From an uncultured Alphaproteobacteria bacterium (GTDB lineage Bacteria > Pseudomonadota > Alphaproteobacteria > Methylaequorales > Methylaequoraceae): a stretch of 64,000 nt of DNA. Position 1 is the first letter of the stretch. Each line of letters starts with the position of its first letter. Below, piece by piece: positions 51,186 through 58,286 of this stretch. The notes under the pieces were generated by a model. That model was not told where the DNA came from, searched no databases, and saw nothing but the letters and a program-made list of their open reading frames with translations. The DNA lies in contig CABZFH010000003.1 in assembly GCA_902524895.1 (NCBI GenBank), positions 71,433-135,432 of the forward strand, in the 5' to 3' direction. The translations under genes were made by a program, and so were the position numbers.

Positions 51186-51733
51186 CAATCAACTTTTACT
51201 GTTTCATAGTGACCACCTAGAGTCACACGAAAACCATAACCGTATTCTTTTTTGAGTAACTCGTCTGTCCTCTTATTTCCCTCTTCTATCGTTATGTAAT
51301 CATTAAGAACTAGGAAATCTATTTCCTCATATTTTTTCTCAAATACTTTTGTTCTCTCTTCATCGTAATCTAAAATATTCTTTCCAGAATATTTTCTATT
51401 TGTCGTTGGTTCATAATAAAAATTTATTGGTTTTAATCCAAATAGTCTTCCAATGGTTAACCTGAATAATTGTTCAATTGTGTCATAAACTAATTTAAAC
51501 AAATCAGATTTATAAGAACTAAACATAATGAAAATCATAAAGAAAAAATTAATGACAAAATAAAACTTTAGATAATCAACAAATGATATTTGAAAAATTA
51601 AACCAAAGATTAAGGAATATAGTAATGAATATGCCCATAATTTTGAGTATGTGGTTAATAAAATCAACCAATGATTAAATGGATATGGTCTACTAAAAAT
51701 ATATCTATAAAATTTGAAGTGCAGTCTTTTCAT
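51185..51733 (-). CDS. membrane protein (N-terminal TMs, soluble C-terminus), hypothetical
   Basis: 182-aa ORF. Its stop overlaps the downstream ATG (TGATG). Confidence 0.5.
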   Translation of the reverse strand: MKRLHFKFYRYIFSRPYPFNHWLILLTTYSKLWAYSLLYSLIFGLIFQISFVDYLKFYFVINFFFMIFIMFSSYKSDLFKLVYDTIEQLFRLTIGRLFGLKPINFYYEPTTNRKYSGKNILDYDEERTKVFEKKYEEIDFLVLNDYITIEEGNKRTDELLKKEYGYGFRVTLGGHYETVKVD

Positions 51734-51804
51734 ACAAAAATTATATTAGTAAAGAGTTGAATATCCAATCGTTTTCTTCTTGAAATTCGACACACAGAAG
51801 AAGT

Positions 51805-52072
51805 AACCAATTACATAAATCGTGCAGAAATGCACCCAATTTGCACACACTTTTGCACACACTTTTTGAGAAAGTCCGAGAAACAGTACACTTTAGAGCA
51901 TATGCAGGAGAACAGAAGTCTCATCGGCAAGGGCGGGCAATTGTTCGCCCTTGTTTGTTTTAGGGAGACTCACAAAGGGTTTCAGAGGTTTCACTCAACA
52001 GAAAATAAGGGAAAAAATAGTGCGTTATAATGCACGCAGTCTGCACGCAGTTTGCACGCAGTTTTGGGTGTT
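51805..52072 (+). repeat. repeat copy 2 (left arm, core, right arm)
   Basis: Core 51911-51988 is identical to 48151-48228 (78 nt). The left arm has 2x tgcacacac (51842, 51854). The right arm has 3x tgcacgcag at 11-nt spacing (52031, 52042, 52053). cgcagt-type motifs continue to about 52118. Confidence 0.9.
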
Positions 52073-52129
52073 ATTTTTTTGTTCGCAGTCACTCCCCTAA
52101 ACTGCATCGCACCCACAAGCAATAAGTAT

Positions 52130-52984
52130 CTAATCAACTTTTGTCAGTGCATTTTGTGGTTGAGTGTACTCGTCAATAATTTCATTTAACCACGAACTTT
52201 TGGTAAGTAAAAATTCTTTTTCTTTTGGTACTGCCAAAATATTAAAAGTTGCTACATTAGCATAATAATTATTATCATTAATAAAATGATTGTTTGGGTT
52301 ATACAACATAGTTGCTGCCCAAAATGGTTTATAGTTAATTTTTAAAAGATGTTTGTTCAAATAATTTGGGTATGCCCGATGATTTTCAATCCAGATAATT
52401 GGTTTAAACTTATTAATAAAATCTTTTGCTCCTTTTAAAACACTTAATTCCATTAACTCAACATCTATTTTTAAGAAATTACATTTTTTTAAATTTAAAA
52501 AGTTATTAAGAGTTAAAGTCTTTATTTTATTTTTTTTTGTTCCCTTAATTTTGGCACAATATGAATTATCATAATCTTCTTTCAAACCAATTCCTCCAAA
52601 ATTTCCTGGTTGGGAATAATCAAAATCATTTAATTCTAGAGTTCTATTTTTACCACCAATAGCATTATTGAAAATTTGAACATTATTTAATTCATTACAT
52701 TTAATATTTTCTTTTAGAAGGTTAAAAATAAATTTTTGGGGTTCAAAAGCATATACTTTTCCATTAGAACCAACCTTTTTTGCAAATGGTACAGAAAAAC
52801 ATCCAATATTCGCACCTATGTCAAAAATTACGTCTCCCTCATTTATAAATTTTAATATTGTCTTTAATTCTAGTTCTGAATATTCTCCATATTCTCTGAT
52901 TGACATTCCAATAAATTCATCAAAATGACAAAAATGAAATATACCATGTTTTGCATCAACTTTACCAATAATATCCTTATTCAT
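52130..52984 (-). CDS. FkbM-family methyltransferase
   Basis: VIFDIGANIGCFSVPFAKKVGSNGKVYAFEPQ, the FkbM signature. Confidence 0.8.
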   Translation of the reverse strand: MNKDIIGKVDAKHGIFHFCHFDEFIGMSIREYGEYSELELKTILKFINEGDVIFDIGANIGCFSVPFAKKVGSNGKVYAFEPQKFIFNLLKENIKCNELNNVQIFNNAIGGKNRTLELNDFDYSQPGNFGGIGLKEDYDNSYCAKIKGTKKNKIKTLTLNNFLNLKKCNFLKIDVELMELSVLKGAKDFINKFKPIIWIENHRAYPNYLNKHLLKINYKPFWAATMLYNPNNHFINDNNYYANVATFNILAVPKEKEFLLTKSSWLNEIIDEYTQPQNALTKVD

Positions 52985-53084
52985 ATTTATTAACTAGCAA
53001 TTTCTATTCCATTAATAAATTGAGTAGATAAAGTGTGTTAGTAAATTTACAATCCAAACTCATATTGAGTTACAGAGGAGCAGA

Positions 53085-53339
53085 ATGGATTCAGAATCTT
53101 ATTCATCTCCAATACACCTTGGCATATATTCAAAGGTTTCATTGATTCGTGATGAATTCATTAACACAGAAAATAGTAAACTATTTGGAAGTTGTGAAAA
53201 TGAATACGAAGTTGAAAATACTTTTGAAGCATTTTGGAATAGAACGAATGGCGATTACAGTAATTCTGCTATCGTTAAAGTTCTAAAAGTAGAAAAAGTA
53301 ACAGAAAATATAGTCCAACTTAAACGAATTTCCTCATAA
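53085..53339 (+). CDS. hypothetical 84-aa acidic protein
   Basis: AGGAG lies 5 nt upstream of the ATG. The stop abuts repeat copy 3. Confidence 0.4.
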   Translation: MDSESYSSPIHLGIYSKVSLIRDEFINTENSKLFGSCENEYEVENTFEAFWNRTNGDYSNSAIVKVLKVEKVTENIVQLKRISS

Positions 53340-53584
53340 CCAATTACATAAACCGTGCAGAAATGCACCCAATTTGCACACACTTTTGCACACACTTTTT
53401 GAGAAAGTCCGAGAAACAGTACACTTTAGAGCATATGCAGGAGAACAGAAGTCTCATCGGCAAGGGCGGGCAATTGTTCGCCCTTGTTTGTTTTAGGGAG
53501 ACTCACAAAGGGTTTTAGAGGATTTACTCTTCAACAAACAAGGGAAAATGAAACGAGTTAAGTGCAACGCACTTTTGCTTTTGC
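53338..53584 (+). repeat. repeat copy 3
   Basis: Left arm 53338-53445 differs from 51805-51912 at 1 of 108 nt. The core is identical to copy 1 for 72 nt, then shows 2 mismatches. Confidence 0.9.
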
Positions 53585-53643
53585 ATTTTCATTAGAGTGA
53601 TATCCAGGAAATTTGAAAAACTAAGAAGATGTAAATTGTATAT

Positions 53644-54417
53644 TTAGTACAAAAAAGTATAACCACTAAAAATATTAAAGTCGTCCTCTTTACCTAATAA
53701 CCTATGATTTAAACCTATGTCAAATATAAGATCTTTACTTAGTGAGTAAGTTGCACCAAATCCAATTATGTTTGATAACTTGTAATCCACATCATTACTT
53801 TTGATAGCAATAATTTCTGAATAAAGACCCAATGAATTTTGTATATTTATTCCTAATAGACCTGAAATAATAAATTCAATATCAAAATTTTGTTCATCAT
53901 CATCATACACATAATCTGTTTCAAACATGAAATCTAAATTTAGTGTATCGGATATATTAGTAGAAAATGGAAAAATAATTCCTCCTTCTACTTTGTTATT
54001 GCCAATCCTATTGTCAGCAGTAGGTAATTTCATGTAAGGCATTAATCCAAATGCAGATTTCCCGTCTTCATTTACCCAAATTTTTTTTTTTATACTAATT
54101 TGAAAATCTCCATAACTATCATTTATTTTTTTGTTAGACTTTTGAGTAATATATGGATCAAAAACTAACTGAAGATCAATTGAATTATTTAAACCAATTC
54201 TAAAATTAAATGGATGTATGGACCAAGTATTCACATCACTATTTTGAGAATAGTCAATAATACTGCTTTCTAACTGTTTTACTCCTATATCTAATGTATA
54301 TCCACTTTCGGTGAAAGTCGTGGCATAAACTTTATTATAATCAATAAAAAAATTTATAAAAATTAAAATTAAGATAGAAAGTTTTTTAATAAGAAAGTTT
54401 TGTTTTTTTATAAACAT
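53644..54417 (-). CDS. outer-membrane beta-barrel protein (MetA-pathway/'transporter'-like family, tentative)
   Basis: Signal peptide, alternating amphipathic strands, C-terminal ..GYTFLY aromatic terminus. Confidence 0.6.
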   Translation of the reverse strand: MFIKKQNFLIKKLSILILIFINFFIDYNKVYATTFTESGYTLDIGVKQLESSIIDYSQNSDVNTWSIHPFNFRIGLNNSIDLQLVFDPYITQKSNKKINDSYGDFQISIKKKIWVNEDGKSAFGLMPYMKLPTADNRIGNNKVEGGIIFPFSTNISDTLNLDFMFETDYVYDDDEQNFDIEFIISGLLGINIQNSLGLYSEIIAIKSNDVDYKLSNIIGFGATYSLSKDLIFDIGLNHRLLGKEDDFNIFSGYTFLY

Positions 54418-54733
54418 TTAATAAATAGATTTATTTTTTATTCAAATTAGGAAGAAATTAATTTTGGTACAAATTTAAAGAATTTAAATTTTATTTTAGT
54501 TTATTTTTTTTTTATGTTTTTACTCAGCAAGTTGATCAAGTAAATAAATCCAATTGATTTAGGTAGATAAATTACATGGGGAATATTAATTAAATAAATT
54601 TCAAATTACACAAATTTAATCTATTTCGCACAACTTTCTCTCTTCTTATTTTTCAATATTTATATAAATCTTCATAGTATCGGTTCAAACATTATAACTT
54701 ATGTTACTGTGCTTGAACCAATCGTAATTCATA

Positions 54734-54895
54734 TTATTCTTTTTTTTCTTCAGTTGATTCTTCTTTTTTATCTTCAGAAGACTCTTCAGTTGTTTCTTCC
54801 GCAACATCTTTTTTTTCTCCGTGCCCGTCTGCTTTTACGAATTCTGAGGAAAATAAGAATGCTAAAGAAAAAAATAAAATGTACAAATATTTCAT
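54734..54895 (-). CDS. possible 53-aa secreted acidic peptide
   Basis: MKYLYILFFSLAFLFSSEFVKA then DGHGEKKDVAEETTEESSEDKKEESTEEKKE: a signal peptide plus an E/K/S-rich tail. Below the track threshold. More plausible than the low-complexity plus-strand ORF 54709..54948. Confidence 0.4.
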   Translation of the reverse strand: MKYLYILFFSLAFLFSSEFVKADGHGEKKDVAEETTEESSEDKKEESTEEKKE

Positions 54896-55006
54896 ATATA
54901 TCTCCAAAAAAGTTATTATTTAAGTTAGCAAATATTAAATATTTTTAAAAATTTATATTATTTATATCTGTCATAATTTCAAATTATAATGACCATACTT
55001 ACTACG

Positions 55007-55262
55007 ATGAAAAGTAGTCCGTGCAGAAGTCGTACAAAAAAAAACACTGATTTTCTACCCGCTTTGCGACCCACGTTTTAAAAAACCCCTAGTTATAAAG
55101 GGTTTAAGACCATACACCGAGACACAGAAGTCTCATCGGCGAGGGCGGACAATTGTTCGCACTTTTTTGCTTTAAACGTCCTCACAAAGGGTTTCAGAGG
55201 ATTCACTCTTCAACAAATAAGGGAAACAATAATTGAATAAGTAGCAGACACTTTTGTTTGTT
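55007..55262 (+). repeat. repeat copy 4 (diverged)
   Basis: atgaaaagtagtccgtgcagaagtcgt .. caccgagacacagaagtctcatcggcgagggcggacaattgttcgcac .. ttcagaggattcactcttcaacaaataaggg .. gcagacacttttgtttgtt. Confidence 0.85.
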
Positions 55263-55279
55263 ATTTATTTTCTGTTATA

Positions 55280-55803
55280 TTGAAGATTATGAAAATTGAA
55301 ATTGCGTACCTTCATTGTGGTGATTATCTTCTCAAAACTCTTAGAAAAGAAATTCAAGAGGTTTTCAAGATAATAGATATCTTGAAATGGGAAGTGAACT
55401 ATTCCTCGAAAAACAAATCGCATGAAACATTATACAACAAGAAATTTAAGATGAATTTAAAAAGTTTACATGGGAACCCAAACCATTTTTGAATAAGGAA
55501 CCAAAGACTAATTGTAGAATTTAGAAAAAATTCAGTATTTGTTAAAATTCAATTTAATAATAGTGCTAATATTTATAGAGATTTTTATAAGTTTCAACAT
55601 GGTCATAGAAATGGATTATTATCGTTATCAATTTTAATTGTACCAACTAATCAATGTCTTTTTTTTCAAGAAGAGTTTAAAGTGTTAGTTATATGGCAGA
55701 GTATAATTTAGCAAAAAAATATTTTACTTTTTTTAAAATTCAAGTGCCAACCATAATAATTGGTCTTCTTCCAAAAAATTATTCTAAACAGTTTAAAATA
55801 TAA
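55280..55803 (+). pseudogene. BglII-like type II restriction endonuclease, decayed (one in-frame TGA plus one frameshift)
   Basis: MKIEIAYLHCGDYLLKTLRKEIQEVF resembles the BglII N-terminus (MKIDITDYNHADEIL..WKEIEETL). After TGA at 55490 the same frame reads ..IVEFRKNSVFVKIQFNNSANIYRDFYKF (compare VEVQFSN). After a -1 shift near 55685 it reads ..YMAEYNLAKKYFTFFKIQVPTIIIGLLP (compare LAEYNVFDVPIRLVGL). Confidence 0.55.
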
Positions 55804-55945
55804 TATCGTTTAGGAGTTGATTTTACTTAATTTAATTTTTTGATTTCAGGATAGTCTAAACTAAAGTTATAGACTGATATGTAAATTTGTTCATATTTTA
55901 TTAATCCTAATATTGGTAAGGTTAAAATCCAAAATAATTTGGGGT

Positions 55946-55991
55946 ATAGTAACGACCTACCGTTCTGGAATAGTAACGACCTAATCGTTCT
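55946..55991 (+). promoter_or_regulatory. two 21-22-nt direct repeats, each with an internal dyad (operator/iteron-like)
   Basis: atagtaacgacctaccgttct (55946-66) and atagtaacgacctaatcgttct (55970-91), period 24 nt. Each contains AACG(A)..(T)CGTT. They lie about 70 nt upstream of the first small ORF. Confidence 0.35.
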
Positions 55992-56062
55992 ATCTCTGAC
56001 AGTAAAAGTTTCAATACATTCAAATTTTCTTGGTTAATAATAATTAACAAAGGAGAAATTAA

Positions 56063-56227
56063 ATGCCAAAGAAACAAACTAGTTATCTTGAAAAAGCAAC
56101 TAATAAATTCATTAAGGCGTTGCGAAGTAAAGGGATAAAAGTGCAAACTTTAGAATCTGTAGATAATGGAAAATCAAAAATTACTTTAGTTCCAAGAATT
56201 AAAATCAAGGAGGGAAACAATGTTTAA
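56063..56227 (+). CDS. small ORF D2, 54 aa (MPKKQTSYLEKATNKFIKALRSKGIKVQTLESVDNGKSKITLVPRIKIKEGNNV)
   Basis: AAAGGAG lies 7 nt upstream of the ATG. First of three coupled ORFs. Below the track threshold. Confidence 0.45.
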   Translation: MPKKQTSYLEKATNKFIKALRSKGIKVQTLESVDNGKSKITLVPRIKIKEGNNV

Positions 56228-56336
56228 AATCATTTGGAAAAAACTTAAAGAGGATGACCCCATCTTCAAAACTGGATTTATAATCTCAAATCCAAAACTA
56301 AACTTTAATACAAAACGAAAAGGAGATAAAAAATGA
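56220..56336 (+). CDS. small ORF D3, 38 aa (MFKIIWKKLKEDDPIFKTGFIISNPKLNFNTKRKGDKK)
   Basis: AAGGAGGG lies 5 nt upstream. The start overlaps the D2 stop by 8 nt. Confidence 0.35.
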   Translation: MFKIIWKKLKEDDPIFKTGFIISNPKLNFNTKRKGDKK

Positions 56337-56467
56337 AAAAATTATCTTTTTTCTCTATTCCTAGAAATAAAACAAGGAGAGAAACTCTTGAAGTAATAAA
56401 AAATGCTCTTGTTGCCAATGGGTGGAAATTCGTTGAAAAATCAGAAAGGAGTAAGAACAAACCTTGA
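56333..56467 (+). CDS. small ORF D4, 44 aa (MKKLSFFSIPRNKTRRETLEVIKNALVANGWKFVEKSERSKNKP)
   Basis: AAAGGAG lies 7 nt upstream. ATGA overlap with D3. The stop sits exactly at the left edge of repeat copy 5. Confidence 0.4.
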   Translation: MKKLSFFSIPRNKTRRETLEVIKNALVANGWKFVEKSERSKNKP

Positions 56468-56702
56468 GTCCATTCAGAAGTCGTGCAGAAAATGTACTCA
56501 ATTTGCAGACACTTTTTGAGTAATACCCAGAAACAGTGGGTTTTAGACAATACACCGAGACACTGAAGTCTCATCGGCAGGGGCGGGCAAATTGTTCGCC
56601 CTTGTTTGTTTAAGGTACACCTACATGGGGGCTCAGAGGATTGACTCTTCAACAAATAAAGGAGACAATAGTGCAATATGTTGCACACACTTTTTGTTTG
56701 TT
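56466..56702 (+). repeat. repeat copy 5 (diverged)
   Basis: cagaagtcgtgcag .. tttgcagacactttttgag .. caccgagacactgaagtctcatcggcaggggcgggcaaattgttcgcccttgtttgttt .. tgcacacactttttgtttgtt. Confidence 0.85.
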
Positions 56703-56749
56703 CTATTAATTTTTATTGAAATTGAATTCATATTTATTAGTTAATATAT

Positions 56750-56998
56750 ATGAGATTTTATATACGTTACGTCCTCTTCTTTATTGCCACTTTTATTTTG
56801 AACCCTTACAATCAAGATAAGCAAGAAATGACTTATTCATCAAATTTAAATAAAGCAATATATTCAGGTTTTTTACAATCGCAAAATAGAGTATTTGTTT
56901 CAGAGAACATGACCCTTTCATGTAAATTTAAGAGTATGAATAGAAAATCTGTTAAAATTCCTAAATTAAAAGATAAAACCAATAAAAGTAAAATTTAA
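56750..56998 (+). CDS. hypothetical 82-aa protein with hydrophobic N-terminus
   Basis: MRFYIRYVLFFIATFILNP.. The only sizeable ORF of cassette E. Confidence 0.35.
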   Translation: MRFYIRYVLFFIATFILNPYNQDKQEMTYSSNLNKAIYSGFLQSQNRVFVSENMTLSCKFKSMNRKSVKIPKLKDKTNKSKI

Positions 56999-57096
56999 TT
57001 TTTTATTAAATCTTTGAGACATATCAAATTAGTTACAATTATTTTTGCTAAGTGTTCTAGTTTTAATAAATCCTTCTAGGTGTAGTTCATAAAAAA

Positions 57097-57180
57097 TCAA
57101 TAACTGTTATTTAAATCATCAGACGATATAACTTCAAAATACACAAACAAAAAAATAAACATGAGTAATAGTTTTTTCAT
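57097..57180 (-). pseudogene. remnant of a signal-peptide-encoding gene start (27 codons)
   Basis: MKKLLLMFIFLFVYFEVISSDD.. is homologous to the N-terminus MKKLLLTLICLFVFFEV at 51185. The downstream frame is broken by stops. Confidence 0.35.
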
Positions 57181-57193
57181 AATTTATCGTAGC

Positions 57194-57425
57194 TGAAAAA
57201 TAGTCCGTGCAGAAGTCGTGCATAAATTATCCTCAATTTGCAGACACTTTTGCAAACACTTTTTGAGGAAATCTCAGAAACAGTCGGTCTTAGCTGATAC
57301 ACCGAGACACAGAAATCTCATCGGCAAGGTCGGGAAAATTGTTCGCCCTTATTTGTTTTAGGTAGACTCACGAAGGGGGGTCAGAGAATTTACTCTTCAA
57401 CAGATAACTAAAAATAAAAGGAAAT
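57194..57425 (+). repeat. repeat copy 6 (diverged)
   Basis: tagtccgtgcagaagtcgtgca .. tttgcagacacttttgcaaacactttttgagg .. caccgagacacagaaatctcatcggcaaggtcgggaaaattgttcgcccttatttgtttt. Confidence 0.8.
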
Positions 57426-57539
57426 GAGCAATATTTTTTTAATAACACAATATTTACAACTACATAATCAAGATTATTATACAAATAACTGTTTCGATAA
57501 TTTCAAATCTGAATAACATATCCTAAATGATTTTTTTTG

Positions 57540-57947
57540 TTAGTAACAAAAACCAGTTCTTGAAAAGTAACAAGAAGGGATTCCTCTAACGTAATGATTA
57601 TTCGAGTAGTAATAGTAATTTGACAAATCATTATTTCTCATTGTGGTGAATTTTGATTCTTCAAAATCTATTAAATTATAATATCTAAACATTGCTTCAT
57701 TATCTGAGATTTCATTGTTCTCTAACATAATTTGAAGTCTCTTCATAACATCTACGAATCTAGTATTCTCATTTCGACAGTTGGTAGTATTATTACATTC
57801 TTTTTGAATCTCTTTAAATGCACACGATGAAAGATCAGAAAATTCACTAAATTTTTTTTCACAGTCAACAAAATAAGTGTAAGGATATTTACTTGATACA
57901 CAAGAAGTGATAATAAACAAACTAAAAATTAAAAAGTATTTCATCAA
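57540..57947 (-). CDS. Cys-containing lipoprotein, hypothetical
   Basis: MMKYFLIFSLFIITSC lipobox-like signal. 8 further Cys in the mature part. Confidence 0.55.
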   Translation of the reverse strand: MMKYFLIFSLFIITSCVSSKYPYTYFVDCEKKFSEFSDLSSCAFKEIQKECNNTTNCRNENTRFVDVMKRLQIMLENNEISDNEAMFRYYNLIDFEESKFTTMRNNDLSNYYYYSNNHYVRGIPSCYFSRTGFCY

Positions 57948-58000
57948 TTATGTTTAATAATAATTTTTGTATTTCACAAAATATAAAATAATCCTACACA

Positions 58001-58212
58001 ATGAAAAGTAGTCTGTACAGAAATCGTGGAAAAAAAAATACTCATTTACAATGCACTTATTAGATAGTCCTAGATATGGGTGTCTGTATATTAACCTAGA
58101 TACAGAAGTCTCATTGGTAAGGAAGAGCGATAGCTCACCTTTGTTTGTTTTAAGTTAACTAAAGAAGTGTTTCAGAGGATTCAATTTTAAATTAATAAAA
58201 GAAATAAGGAAA
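58001..58212 (+). repeat. repeat copy 7 (most degenerate, distal end of array)
   Basis: atgaaaagtagtctgtacagaaatcgtgg .. tacagaagtctcattggtaaggaagagcgatagctcacctttgtttgtttt .. gtttcagaggattcaa. The hairpin sequence has changed but a hairpin is still possible. Confidence 0.75.
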
Positions 58213-58286
58213 AGTCTAGAAAATTTATATAAAAATTTCCAATTGATACTAGATACTGTTATGGTAAAAAAGACTGAAAGTTTCTA

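Larger units (their letters stand above)
48151..58212. mobile_element. ssrA-anchored tandem array of six small integrase-less cassettes/islets bounded by seven direct repeats
   Basis: See the repeat features. Cassettes: A 48313-51804, B 52073-53337, C 53585-55006, D 55263-56465, E 56703-57193, F 57426-58000. No recombinase-like ORF is seen. Confidence 0.75.

Noticed and set aside
51830-52030. Track ORFs lying inside repeat units (51830..52030 +, 56305..56688 -, 56361..56555 -)
   Set aside because: They are translations of the conserved non-coding repeat. The same DNA occurs in seven copies with indels that break the frames. The minus ORFs also overlap the better-supported plus-strand micro-genes.
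54709-54948. Plus-strand 79-aa ORF
   Set aside because: It is a low-complexity Leu/Phe/Lys frame. The opposite strand encodes a signal peptide plus acidic tail (54734..54895), which is biologically more coherent.
55490-55492. In-frame TGA in the BglII-like gene as UGA-to-Trp recoding or selenocysteine
   Set aside because: TGA clearly terminates other genes here (for example tsaC, the symporter and ORFs D3/D4). No SECIS-like hairpin is evident. The same gene also carries a frameshift, so decay is the simpler explanation.
55922-56146. Minus-strand 74-aa ORF
   Set aside because: It overlaps both the operator-like repeats and the SD-preceded plus-strand ORF D2. It has no start context.
48313-58000. 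An ordinary prophage or ICE integrated at ssrA
   Set aside because: No integrase, excisionase, capsid, tail, terminase, relaxase or T4SS-like ORFs are recognisable. The internal att-like copies split the region into units too small to be autonomous.
48151-58212. Could the regularly recurring repeats be a CRISPR array?
   Set aside because: The repeats are 160-270 nt rather than 24-48 nt and are imperfect. The 'spacers' are 0.5-3.5 kb and contain genes. The repeat is homologous to the ssrA 3' end. No cas genes are present.
48151-58212. A classical integron (intI, attI, attC cassettes)
   Set aside because: There is no IntI-like ORF next to the array. The repeats do not have the imperfect-palindrome R''-L''/L'-R' organisation of attC sites, and cassette ORFs are on both strands. 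The analogy is functional only.
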